Below, piece by piece: positions 27,123 through 36,658 of a stretch of 64,000 nt of DNA; the first letter of the stretch is position 1; every line of letters starts with the position of its first letter. The notes beneath the pieces are model-generated. The model searched no databases. It was not told the DNA's origin and worked only from the letters and a program-made list of their open reading frames with translations. A program made the position numbers and the translations under genes. The DNA is from Alphaproteobacteria bacterium (GTDB lineage: Bacteria > Pseudomonadota > Alphaproteobacteria > UBA828), in assembly GCA_965220745.1 (NCBI GenBank), contig CBDCQT010000013.1, positions 512,001-576,000 on the forward strand, in the 5' to 3' direction.

Positions 27123-30098
27123 GTGTCGCGACTACCCTTCCTTACAGACGATGCGATGTGTCCCGAGCCAGCCTCGGGCGATCGCGCACGCGCGGGCCGT
27201 GACGAGTGGCTGGCGGCGGCAGTCTCGTTGGGCGACGACGATGGGTCTTTCGCGAGAGCCCTTGACGGCGATGGGCGAGCGCGGGCTTTCCTCGATGGCG
27301 TCTTCGGCAACGCCCCTGCGCTCGGTCGAGCGTTGGTCCGCGAACCGGCTCAGCTTCGCCTGGTGGCCGAGCAAGGCCCCAATGTTGCGTTCGCGAGCGC
27401 GCTTGACGAGATATCGGACGCCGCCGGCCAGACCACCGACCGCCGCGCCCTCGCCCGCCGGCTTCGGGAGGCCAAGCGGCGCGCGACGCTCACCGCAGCG
27501 CTCGCCGAGCTCGCCGGCGCCTGGCCGCTGGATCGAGTCGCCGTGGCCCTCACCCGGCTTGCCGATGCCGTGCTCGCCAGCGCGCTCGACCATCTGCTCC
27601 GGGAGGCGTTCGCACGCGGCACCCTCGCACGCCTCGACCGGGACGAGCCGGGGGCGTCGGGGCTCACCGTGTTCGGCGTGGGCGGGCTCGGCGCAGGCGA
27701 GCTCACCTATTCCAGCGCGCTCGACCTGCTCGTGCTGTTCGACCCCGAGCGCGTGCGCCACCGGGGACGGGGCGAGGCTGCGGAGACCCTGCACCGCCTC
27801 GTGCGCGATCTCGCCGCCCTGCTCGGTGAGCGCACCGACGATGGCTGCGTCTATCGCACGGATCTCAAGTTCAGGCCCAACACGGGCTCCACGCCGCTCG
27901 CGCTCTCGACGGCGGCGGCGGAGCAGTACTACGAGAGCCACGGGCAGAACTGGGAACGCGCCGCCATGATCAAGGCGCGGCCGGCCGCCGGCGACATGGC
28001 GGTCGGCGCCGACATGATCGAGCGCCTGCGCCCCTTCATCTGGCGCAAGTATCTCGACCTCTCCGCCATCCAGGACATCCAGTCGATCAAGCGCCAGATC
28101 AACGCCGAGCCCGGCCTCCGGCAGCTGGAGGTCGCAGGCCACGACATCGAGCGCGGCCGGGGCGGCATCCGCCAGATCGAGCTCTACGCGCAGACGCAGC
28201 AGCTCATCTGGGGCGGCCGCGACGATTCGCTCCGCTCGCGCGCCACCTGCGACGCGCTCAGGGCGCTCGCCGCCGCCGAGCGCACGAGCGGGGTGGCGGT
28301 GAACGCGCTGATCGACTCGTACCGCTTCCTCCGTCGTCTCGAGCACCGCATCGAAATGATCGACGACGAGCCGGACCTGCGCATTCCCGACGACGCCGAC
28401 GCCCGCGCCGCGCTCGCCCGCCTCATAGGCTTCGCCGACGAAGCGGGTATCGCCGATGCGCTGCAGAGCCACGTCCGCACCGTCGAGCAGCACTACGCCG
28501 CGCTCTTCGAGGACGAGCCGGACCTCGGCGACGACGGCGGCAACCTCGTGTTCACGGGCACCGACGACGACCCCGACACCCTCGCGAGCCTGGAGCGGAT
28601 GGGCTTCGGCGACGCCTCGGGCGTCTCGGCGACCGTGCGCCGCTGGCATCACGGCCGCATCCAGGCGACCCGCAGCACGCGCGCGCGGGAGCTCTTGACC
28701 GAGCTCATGCCGGCCCTCCTCCGCGCGCTCTCCCACACCGCCGATCCCGACTCCGCCTTCCGCAAGCTCGACGAGTTCCTCGCCGGGCTGCCGTCGGGGG
28801 TGCAGCCCTTCCTGCTGCTGCACGACAATCCCGGCCTGCTCGCCCAGCTGGCCGAGATCCTGGGCAGCGCGCCCCGCATCGCCGAGCACCTGAGCCGCAG
28901 TCCCGGCCTGCTGGAAGGCCTCATCAGCGGCGACCTGCACCAGCGCCTGCCGAACCGCGACGAGCTGCTAGACGACCTCGCGCGCACGCTCGCACCCGCC
29001 GGCGACTACGACGACGTGCTCGACGGCGTGAGGCGCTGGCAGCACGAGCGCGAGTTCCAGGTGGGCATGCAGATCCTGCGGGGCGACGTGGCGGTGGACC
29101 AGCTCTCCGGCGCGCTCTCGGATATCGCCGACACGGTGATCGAGACCCTGCTGCCGCGCGTGCAACAGGATTTCGCCCGCCGTCACGGTTCGGTGCCGGG
29201 CGCGTCCTTCGCCGTGCTCGGCATGGGCAAGCACGGCAGCCGGGAGCTCACCTTCGACAGCGACCTCGACGTGGTCTTCCTCTACGGCGTGCCGGACGAA
29301 GCGAACCTGGAGTCGGACGGCCCCCAGGGCCTCGCGCCGAGCCACTACTACGCCCGCTTCACCAAGCGCCTGTCGAACGCGGTGAGCGCGCTCACCGCCG
29401 AAGGCCGCCTCTACGAAATCGACACGCGGCTCCGGCCGTCCGGCACCTCAGGCCCGATTGCGACCGAGGCCGCCGCCTTCCGCCGCTACCACGAGCAGGA
29501 CGCCTGGACCTGGGAGCACATGGCGCTCACCCGCGCGCGCCCGGTCGCAGGCGATCCGGACCTCTCTGCGGCGGTGATGGCGGACATCCGCACGGTCCTC
29601 TGCGCCCCGCGCGATGCCGACGCGCTGCTGGCCGACGTCGCGGCCATGCGCGAGCGCATCGACGGCGAGCGCCACACCGAGAACCGCTGGCGCCTCAAGC
29701 ACGTGCGGGGCGGGCTGCTCGACCTCGAATTCATCGCCCAGTACCACCTGCTGCGCCACGCCGCGCGCCACCCCTCGATCCTGGTTCAATCGACCCAGTC
29801 GATGTACCGCGGGCTGGGTGAAGCCGGCGTCCTCGCCTCCGACGACGCCACCGAGCTTGCCGAGATGCTGGCCTTTCTCCAGCGCCTCCAGGGCCTGCTC
29901 CGGCTCACCGTCGGCACCAACCGCGAGGTCGAGCGCTTCACCCCCGGCGTGCGCGAGACCCTGGCGCGGGCCATGGGGGTCGAGGATTTCGCTGCCCTTG
30001 AGGGAAGGATCGTCGCCATTCAGGATCGCGTCTGCGCCGCCTATCATCGCCTGGTCGCGGCGCCTGCAGCAGCGCTCGACCGCGAGACCACAGAATGA
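27123..30098 (+). CDS. glnE: Glutamine synthetase adenylyltransferase/adenylyl-removing enzyme
   Basis: Two NT domains; GQNWERAAMIKAR, GMGKHGSRELTFDSDLD, IDTRLRPSG, WEHMAL; start uncertain (27123 or 27156). Confidence 0.9.
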   Translation: MSRLPFLTDDAMCPEPASGDRARAGRDEWLAAAVSLGDDDGSFARALDGDGRARAFLDGVFGNAPALGRALVREPAQLRLVAEQGPNVAFASALDEISDAAGQTTDRRALARRLREAKRRATLTAALAELAGAWPLDRVAVALTRLADAVLASALDHLLREAFARGTLARLDRDEPGASGLTVFGVGGLGAGELTYSSALDLLVLFDPERVRHRGRGEAAETLHRLVRDLAALLGERTDDGCVYRTDLKFRPNTGSTPLALSTAAAEQYYESHGQNWERAAMIKARPAAGDMAVGADMIERLRPFIWRKYLDLSAIQDIQSIKRQINAEPGLRQLEVAGHDIERGRGGIRQIELYAQTQQLIWGGRDDSLRSRATCDALRALAAAERTSGVAVNALIDSYRFLRRLEHRIEMIDDEPDLRIPDDADARAALARLIGFADEAGIADALQSHVRTVEQHYAALFEDEPDLGDDGGNLVFTGTDDDPDTLASLERMGFGDASGVSATVRRWHHGRIQATRSTRARELLTELMPALLRALSHTADPDSAFRKLDEFLAGLPSGVQPFLLLHDNPGLLAQLAEILGSAPRIAEHLSRSPGLLEGLISGDLHQRLPNRDELLDDLARTLAPAGDYDDVLDGVRRWQHEREFQVGMQILRGDVAVDQLSGALSDIADTVIETLLPRVQQDFARRHGSVPGASFAVLGMGKHGSRELTFDSDLDVVFLYGVPDEANLESDGPQGLAPSHYYARFTKRLSNAVSALTAEGRLYEIDTRLRPSGTSGPIATEAAAFRRYHEQDAWTWEHMALTRARPVAGDPDLSAAVMADIRTVLCAPRDADALLADVAAMRERIDGERHTENRWRLKHVRGGLLDLEFIAQYHLLRHAARHPSILVQSTQSMYRGLGEAGVLASDDATELAEMLAFLQRLQGLLRLTVGTNREVERFTPGVRETLARAMGVEDFAALEGRIVAIQDRVCAAYHRLVAAPAAALDRETTE

Positions 30099-30111
30099 GA
30101 GGAGAACGACC

Positions 30112-30588
30112 ATGACCACGGCGATCGAAGCCGGCGCGCCTGCGCCGGGGTTCACGGCGCCCACCAACGACGGCGGCTCGCTGAGCCTTGACAGCCTGCG
30201 CGGCAAGGCGGTGGTGCTCTACTTCTACCCGCGCGACGACACGCCGGGTTGCACGCGGGAGGCGCAGGAGTTCACCGAGGCCCTGCCCGCGTTCGCGGCG
30301 GCCGGCGCCGAGATCGTCGGCGTCTCCAAGGACACCGCCGCCAAGCACGACAAGTTCCGGGAGAAGTACGGCCTCCCCTTCACCCTGGTCTCCGACGCAG
30401 ACAGCGACATCTGCGAGCGCTACGGCGTCTGGGTCGAGAAGAAGAACTACGGCAAGACCTACATGGGCATCGAGCGCGCGACCTTCCTCATCGACTCCGA
30501 CGGCACCGTCAGCAAGGTCTGGCGCAAGGTGAAGGTCCCCGGCCACGTCGATGCCGTGCTGGAGGCGGTCCAGGCGCTAGAGTGTTAG
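30112..30588 (+). CDS. bcp: Peroxiredoxin Bcp
   Basis: LYFYPRDDTPGCTREA, GIERATF; AGGAG RBS. Confidence 0.93.
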   Translation: MTTAIEAGAPAPGFTAPTNDGGSLSLDSLRGKAVVLYFYPRDDTPGCTREAQEFTEALPAFAAAGAEIVGVSKDTAAKHDKFREKYGLPFTLVSDADSDICERYGVWVEKKNYGKTYMGIERATFLIDSDGTVSKVWRKVKVPGHVDAVLEAVQALEC

Positions 30589-30663
30589 ACTCGAACTTTA
30601 GAACAGATAACAGAATACGCGACCATAAATTCGGCACGTCAGTAGGCGCGCGCGCTTAGACGG

Positions 30664-31269
30664 ATGCGCATTAGGCCAACGCACTTTGCCTTCGCATCCT
30701 CGCTCTTATTCAACATTCTTGGCATTCCCGGTCTCATCGAGGATGCCAAGACATGGAAGGCGTGGTTAGGAATCAGCGTCCCTGATTGGGACTGGGTAAA
30801 TTATCTGCTTGTTGCACTGGGTGGGTTAGCTTTTGCTTATGCTGCATACCCCATTGTCGTCAAATTGATCAAACAACAAATCCGCAATGATTTCAGCGAT
30901 TTTGATATTCCTATACGAGATGCTATCGACCATCTCAATCATACAACACCGCATTCCTTTACTAGGTCTTCATTAGCCGAGCGGAGTGCATTCCACGCGC
31001 TCCATGAAGCTATGCGCACTGGCAAATTGCCCGTAATCGGAGCAAAAGGTGAGCACGGCTTTCTCAAACGCATTAGCGCGCGTCGATGCAAGAAGCTTTA
31101 TCCAATAGAAGTGGTTACGCCGCATGGGATGCGATTTCATCTTGTTGATAAGGAAACAAGGGACAAACCACCTGAACCACTGATTGAGCATAGTGATCCG
31201 CTGGGTTTTAGTGGGCTGCGCGTTCGCAGCAATGATTTGTACAAGCTATGGCCGAAAAACCAACCGTGA
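30664..31269 (+). CDS. AT-richer hypothetical protein with two N-terminal TM segments
   Basis: 201-aa ORF, two hydrophobic stretches in the first ~70 aa, codon usage unlike the flanks. Confidence 0.65.
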   Translation: MRIRPTHFAFASSLLFNILGIPGLIEDAKTWKAWLGISVPDWDWVNYLLVALGGLAFAYAAYPIVVKLIKQQIRNDFSDFDIPIRDAIDHLNHTTPHSFTRSSLAERSAFHALHEAMRTGKLPVIGAKGEHGFLKRISARRCKKLYPIEVVTPHGMRFHLVDKETRDKPPEPLIEHSDPLGFSGLRVRSNDLYKLWPKNQP

Positions 31270-31409
31270 AATGTCTGATGACTCGGGAAGAACAGAGCAC
31301 GAAACTCGAAAATCTATCTCGCGAACGCGCTACCGTGAGGCAGCGCTTCGGTACGCTTGCACTAAACCACAGACTTAATCTTCAAGCGCTCTAATGAGCA
31401 ACGGGGAGT

Positions 31410-31652
31410 CTATCCCCCCTTAAAGGGACGGAACAGGCTGATCGTGTCGTTGGCCGAGAGCGCCGTCTCGGGCCATTGATCGCGGGGCACGGCCTCGCCG
31501 TTCACCATGGCGAGGATGGCGGGGTCGCCGTCCACGCCGAGGCCGGAGAGCGCGTCCGCGACGTTGGTCCCCGCCTCCAGGTCGAGGTCGCGGCTCTTGT
31601 CGCTGCCGAACTGAGGGAGCTCGATGGCGATGAGCTCCACTGTCACGCGCAT
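31410..31652 (-). CDS. MoaD/ThiS-family sulfur carrier
   Basis: 80 aa, MVNGE, C-terminal FRPFKGG; near AOR. Confidence 0.85.
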   Translation of the reverse strand: MRVTVELIAIELPQFGSDKSRDLDLEAGTNVADALSGLGVDGDPAILAMVNGEAVPRDQWPETALSANDTISLFRPFKGG

Positions 31653-31864
31653 GTCTCACCGGCTCCCACACTGCCACCGCAGAGTCGCTCACATAGCACA
31701 TAACATCCTGTGCACCACAATCGACCCCACCGTCCTGCTCGGGTAAAAGCCCGAGGGCGCCTCGCACGAGCCCACGGCGGAGACGATCGAGGCCGGGGGC
31801 GAACTGGGTCATCGTCATCCCGACGCGCCGGTCGCGTCGGACGCAATAACGAAAGGAGGACACA

Positions 31865-32158
31865 ATGGCGAAGGGTTACTGGGTGAGTTGCTACCGGGAG
31901 ATCAAGGATCCCGACGCGCTGGCGGAATACGCCAAGTTGGCAGGGCCTGCAATCATCGCCGGCGGCGGCACGTTCCTGGCGCGCGGCGGCAAGGTCCAGG
32001 CCTTCGACGCCGGCATTGCCGGGCGCACCGTCGTGGTCGAGTTCGAGAGCTTCGAACAGGCGCTCGCCACCCATGATGGTGCCGCCTACCAGACCGCCGC
32101 CGCGAAACTCGAAGGCGCGGTGGAGCGCGACTTCCGGGTGGTCGAAGGCGTCGATTGA
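31865..32158 (+). CDS. DUF1330-family protein
   Basis: MAKGYW, GGTFLARGG, RTVVVEFESFEQA, RDFRVVEG; AAGGAGG RBS. Confidence 0.85.
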   Translation: MAKGYWVSCYREIKDPDALAEYAKLAGPAIIAGGGTFLARGGKVQAFDAGIAGRTVVVEFESFEQALATHDGAAYQTAAAKLEGAVERDFRVVEGVD

Positions 32159-32262
32159 CGGCAGGGAGTGGCCCCTGGAGCGGTTATCGAAGGGGTGCGG
32201 TGACCGCGTGCGCAACGGCTGCTATCCTCCGCCCCGAACGATGAACCGAGGAGACATCAGCC

Positions 32263-32580
32263 ATGGCGGTAACCGCGATCGTTCGCTTCGCGCTGCCCGA
32301 GGACAAGACGCGCGAGGCGGCAAAGGCCGCATTCGAGGCGTCCGCGCCGCTCTACCAGGGCGTCCAGGGCCTGGTTCGCAAATACTATCTTCTGTCCGAG
32401 GACGGTCGAACCGGCGGCGGCGTGTATCTCTTCGAATCGCGCGAGGATGCCGAGCGCCTCTATAGCGCGGCCTGGAGGGCCGGCATCCGCGAGCGCCTGG
32501 GCGCCGAGCCCTCGATCGAGTATTTCGAATCGCCGGTGATCGTAGACAACGAGGTGGGCGCGATCTCCACAGCGGCTTGA
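32263..32580 (+). CDS. YdhR-like dimeric alpha-beta barrel protein (putative monooxygenase)
   Basis: GLVRKYYL, GGGVYLFESREDA, ESPVIVDN. Confidence 0.75.
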   Translation: MAVTAIVRFALPEDKTREAAKAAFEASAPLYQGVQGLVRKYYLLSEDGRTGGGVYLFESREDAERLYSAAWRAGIRERLGAEPSIEYFESPVIVDNEVGAISTAA

Positions 32581-32629
32581 TCGCGGCTATGTCGCCGTTG
32601 ACGCGGCGGCCCCGATAGCAGGTTAGCGC

Positions 32630-34459
32630 TCAACCGAGGCCGAGCCGCTCCATGGTCGCGGCCGTGGGCCGGCCCTCCGCGGTCCAGCCGCGCAGCTCGT
32701 AGTACTGCGGCAGCATGGTGTCGAGCTCGCACACCTTGCCCTTGCCCGAGCCGCTCTTCACCGCCTCCTTCAGGATGCGCTGCGGCAGCGTGTCGTCGGC
32801 GCGGGTCATGCCGGCGTCGAGATTGAACTGACGCTCCATGTTCCAGATGCGCTCGCCGGTCTCGTTCAGCCGGTCCACGGTCCACTCGCCTGCACAGCCG
32901 GCATTGACCAGGTTGGCGACCTCGTCGAGCCCCCAGATCATCATCGGGAAGGCGCAGATGCCAACCGAATCGATGGCCGCGTTGGAATCCTGGCTGTCCT
33001 TCACGATCTTGGCCTTGCCTTCCAGCTTGCCGCCGGAGAAGTCGTCCTCGTAGGGGTCGGCGCGCAGGTGGCAGGCGCCGCGATTGCTGGTGGCGTAGGC
33101 GAGCCCCATGCCCTGCATCGAGCGGCCGTCGTAGCCGGGGAATTCCTGTCCCTTGGCCACCATGGCAAGCTCGGGCCGGCCGTACTTCTCGCAGAGCCGC
33201 TTGGCGCCGAGGCCCAGGTCCTGGCCGAAGCCGGTGCCCGTGCCGGCGTCCTCCGCCGCCCGGCAGAGCGCCTCGGCCGAGCCGAAGTTGTAGGCCACGC
33301 CGCCGGTCTCGGTGTCGGTGATGGCGCCCTCTTCGTAAAGCTCCATGGCGGCTGCGACGGTCGCCCCGAAGGAGATCGGGTCCATCCCGTCCTCGTTGCA
33401 GACGAAGTTCGCGAAGGTCGCGGCCTCGATATCGTCCACGCCCACCATGGGGCCGAGCGAATAGGCCGATTCGTACTCGAGCCCGCCGCTCACCTTCTTG
33501 TAGCGGTCGCGATCCTGGATCGCGAAGTGGTTGGGCTCCATCTTCGACGCGCGCTGGCAGCCGATGGTGCAGGCGAAGCAGGCCCGGTTCGCCACCAGGT
33601 TGGCGGAGCCGTCCGAGCGCCGCACCTTCGCCATCGCATCGGGGCCCAGGTTGCCGGTGCCCTCGAACTGTACGTCCTGGTTGTTGCGGGTCGGCAAGCT
33701 GCCGAAGGCCTGGGTCACGTCGATCATAGAGAGCGTGCCGGTGCGCGCGAGGTCGGCGCGGGTCTGGCTCGCGGCGAGCGCGCCGGCGGCCTTCTCCACG
33801 GCGTCGGCGAAGGCGTCGTCGTCGTCCACCGCGACGCCGCGCGTGCCCCGCACCGCGATGGCCTTCAGGTTCTTGGACCCCATCACCGCGCCGACGCCGG
33901 AGCGCCCGGCGGCCCGGTCGAGGTCGTTCATCACGCAGGCATAGCGGTTCAGGTTCTCGCCTGCGCGGCCGATGGAGGCGATCTTGATCGCGCCGTCCTG
34001 GTGGCGCGCCTTGATCGCCGGCTCGGTATCCCAGACCGACTTGCCCCAGATGAAGCCCTCGGCGTCGATCAGCTCGGCGTGGTCGTCCTTGATGTAGAGG
34101 TAGACCGGGTGCGGCGAGCGGCCTGTGCAGAGCACCATGTCCCAGCCGGCGAGCTTCAGCTCCCCGCCGAAGTAGCCGCCCGAGTTGGAGCAGGCGATGG
34201 CGTTGGTGAGCGCACCCTTGGTGACCACCGTGTAGCGGCCTGCGGTCGGCGCCGTGGTCCCGGTCAGCGGCCCGGTCGCGAAGATGAGCACGTTCTCGGG
34301 CGAGAGCGGATCCGCCTTCGGGTCCATCTCCTCGACGATATACTTGGTGGCAAGGCCCCGGCTGCCCAGATACGCCTGCGCCCACTCCATGTTGAGCGCC
34401 TCTTCGGTGCAGGTGCCTGCACTGAGGTCAACCCGCAACAGTCTGCCTTGCCACGACAT
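32630..34459 (-). CDS. aor: Aldehyde:ferredoxin oxidoreductase (tungstopterin AOR family)
   Basis: LLRVDLS, AAGRSGVGAVMGSKNLKAI, CFACTIGC, LEYES, DSVGIC, YYELRGW. Confidence 0.92.
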   Translation of the reverse strand: MSWQGRLLRVDLSAGTCTEEALNMEWAQAYLGSRGLATKYIVEEMDPKADPLSPENVLIFATGPLTGTTAPTAGRYTVVTKGALTNAIACSNSGGYFGGELKLAGWDMVLCTGRSPHPVYLYIKDDHAELIDAEGFIWGKSVWDTEPAIKARHQDGAIKIASIGRAGENLNRYACVMNDLDRAAGRSGVGAVMGSKNLKAIAVRGTRGVAVDDDDAFADAVEKAAGALAASQTRADLARTGTLSMIDVTQAFGSLPTRNNQDVQFEGTGNLGPDAMAKVRRSDGSANLVANRACFACTIGCQRASKMEPNHFAIQDRDRYKKVSGGLEYESAYSLGPMVGVDDIEAATFANFVCNEDGMDPISFGATVAAAMELYEEGAITDTETGGVAYNFGSAEALCRAAEDAGTGTGFGQDLGLGAKRLCEKYGRPELAMVAKGQEFPGYDGRSMQGMGLAYATSNRGACHLRADPYEDDFSGGKLEGKAKIVKDSQDSNAAIDSVGICAFPMMIWGLDEVANLVNAGCAGEWTVDRLNETGERIWNMERQFNLDAGMTRADDTLPQRILKEAVKSGSGKGKVCELDTMLPQYYELRGWTAEGRPTAATMERLGLG

Positions 34460-34570
34460 CGCATACCCCCTGCTGTCGATCGGCCGAGCCGGGCCGTGTG
34501 CGGAAAACCTACCCTTGGATTCGGCGTTCGCCAAGGGCGCGGGCGGGTGAGAGCAGAGAGAGGGGGTGCG

Positions 34571-35857
34571 CTAAGCCGCAGGGCGGTGGACCGGCACCAG
34601 GTAGGGGCCTTCGGGGATCACGGCCACGCACGGATCGCCGTGCCGGGCGGCGCTTTCTGCCACCGTGTCCGCGAGCGATTCTGTCATGCGGACTCCGGTG
34701 AGCGCCCGGTCTTCGGGCGTAAGGCCCTCGGTGTAAAGGTGGACCGTGCCGGCCCGCATCGGGCGAAGCTGCATCTCGGTCTGCCACTCGTCGATCGCCG
34801 CATGGGTCTTGGCGCTGATCTCGTCGAGGAAGTGCTCCGGGCCGTTCTCCACCAGGCGGCGCTGCGCATCCGCGTAGTGCGCCGAGCCCAGCCCCTCGGA
34901 GCAGGCGGACGCGACGATGAGGTCGCCCCCCGGTGCCAGGATTTCGAGCGGCCCGACCATGCCCTTGACGGTCTGGTAATAGGTCGCGTCGAGCGGATAG
35001 CCGGCGGAGCTGGTCAGCACGGTGCTGAACCGCTCGGCCACGGGGACGGTGCAGAATCGCTCCGCGAAGGCGACCGCCGCCGCGTGGCTCGCCACCACCT
35101 CGCCGTAGTTGAGGAAGGCGATCCGGCGCTCGTCGTCGATCACGCTATTCACTGCGCGCGCGCCGCCGATCATCGCCATGATCGCCAGCTGTTCCTCGTG
35201 CAGCGGATTGCCCTCTAGCACGCAGTTGGTGCAGTTGGGATGCTCCATGAAGCGCGCGCTGTGGAAGGTGGTGATGGTCTCGGCGTGGGCGACGCCGGGC
35301 GCGATAACCTTCCGCCCGCCCGACCAGCCGGCCATGAAGTGCGGCTCCACAAGCCCGGTCGCGATGCGTAGATCGGCCTCGACGAAGCGCCGGTCGAGCC
35401 GTACCACCGTGCCGCGCTCTGTCGTGCCGATCAGCACGTGATCGGCGTCCTCGCGGGCGAAGTGGTTCGCGACCTCCACCGTCTCCAGCACCCAGGGGTC
35501 GCCGACCAGGGCGGCAAGCTCCTCGCCTTCGTTGGGCCGGTGCAGCCCGGTCGCCACCAGCACCGTGATCCGCTCCGGCTTGAGGCCAGCGCCGAGCAGC
35601 GTGCGGATCAGCGGCGGCAGGATCACGCCGTTGGGCACCGGGCGCGTGAAGTCGCAGATCAGGATGCAGGCGCTCTCGGCGCGCGCCGCCTCTTCCGCGA
35701 GTGCCGGGCAACCCACGGGCTGAGCGAGCGCCTGGTCCATCGCTGCCGCCGACTCCGCAAGGAGCGGCATCGCCTGCTTGGCGATCACGGTGACGTCGAG
35801 CGTGTCGGGCAGATCCACCGCCCGCTGGCCCCGGCCATAGTTCAGGTGGACGCGCAT
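34571..35857 (-). CDS. larA: LarA-family nickel-pincer-dependent racemase/epimerase
   Basis: CDFTRP, ATGLHR, EPHFMAGWSGGRK, IPEGPY. Confidence 0.85.
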   Translation of the reverse strand: MRVHLNYGRGQRAVDLPDTLDVTVIAKQAMPLLAESAAAMDQALAQPVGCPALAEEAARAESACILICDFTRPVPNGVILPPLIRTLLGAGLKPERITVLVATGLHRPNEGEELAALVGDPWVLETVEVANHFAREDADHVLIGTTERGTVVRLDRRFVEADLRIATGLVEPHFMAGWSGGRKVIAPGVAHAETITTFHSARFMEHPNCTNCVLEGNPLHEEQLAIMAMIGGARAVNSVIDDERRIAFLNYGEVVASHAAAVAFAERFCTVPVAERFSTVLTSSAGYPLDATYYQTVKGMVGPLEILAPGGDLIVASACSEGLGSAHYADAQRRLVENGPEHFLDEISAKTHAAIDEWQTEMQLRPMRAGTVHLYTEGLTPEDRALTGVRMTESLADTVAESAARHGDPCVAVIPEGPYLVPVHRPAA

Positions 35858-35918
35858 AGTTCAACCCACTCCGTCAGCAAAGGCTCCGAGCTTCGACCGC
35901 TCGTCAGAGACTGCTCCT

Positions 35919-36644
35919 TCACGCATTTCTCATGCGTCTAGCAAGTTCATCAGGTGTGAGGGGCGGATCTTCTCGATGCAACATGGCATGACAGTTAGGA
36001 CAAACTGGGCGCAAATCGCGAATGGGATCAACCGTAGATGCTCGGCGCTTCTTAGAAACTGGTCGAAGATGATGAACGTGGATGAAATCTTTTCCTATAT
36101 CCCCATAGATATCTTCAAACAATATCTTGCAAATACTACACTTGTAACCGTACTTTATGAGGCATTGTCTTCGAGCCTCCGGACTACGTTCATAAGCATT
36201 AACCGTAACTCGCTTTTTATATCCCTCCAGCAATTCTGAAGTACTGGCTTCGTCTGGGTATAAGCCAAGCGGAACGTGGATGCCACCATCGCCTTTAGAT
36301 ATTTTCTTGTTTAGTTTCCGATCGATTTCGTTTGCAAAGCTCTTAAGGTGTACTAACAAATCAGAAAATACTTCTGATCTGTACTCACTCTCTTGGAACC
36401 ATTTTTTGAGCCTTCTCTCTGTCTCTCCTCCATTTCCTTCTCCGCTGTAGTCATCGAGAGTGGTATTTCTATAACCAATGAACTTGCTCGGAGCGAAGAC
36501 ACCTTCATCGATTTCTGAAAAATAATACCAATGCTGAAACCTCACAAATCTTTTGTACGCTTTTGAGGTGCTACCTTTCGCGATCTGGGCAAACCGCTCC
36601 GCGTTCTCGCGCACTTCACCGATGGTCGATACCAATTGGGGCAT
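35919..36644 (-). CDS. HNH endonuclease (McrA-like C-terminus) with unrecognised N-terminal domain
   Basis: EGYKKRVTVNAYERSPEAR, CSIC, IHVHH, VCPNCHAMLH; AT-rich. Confidence 0.85.
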   Translation of the reverse strand: MPQLVSTIGEVRENAERFAQIAKGSTSKAYKRFVRFQHWYYFSEIDEGVFAPSKFIGYRNTTLDDYSGEGNGGETERRLKKWFQESEYRSEVFSDLLVHLKSFANEIDRKLNKKISKGDGGIHVPLGLYPDEASTSELLEGYKKRVTVNAYERSPEARRQCLIKYGYKCSICKILFEDIYGDIGKDFIHVHHLRPVSKKRRASTVDPIRDLRPVCPNCHAMLHREDPPLTPDELARRMRNA

Positions 36645-36658
36645 GAAACCCTCCGCCC

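Noticed and set aside
31271-31394. Short ORFs after the AT-rich membrane gene
   Set aside because: Under 40 aa with no RBS or motif; not supportable.
34460-34570. Moco/Wco riboswitch upstream of aor (also considered at 31653-31864 for moaD)
   Set aside because: Only short hairpins (CCCTTGG/CCAAGGG; CTCGGG/CCCGAG); the motif consensus could not be matched by eye. An Rfam scan would settle it.
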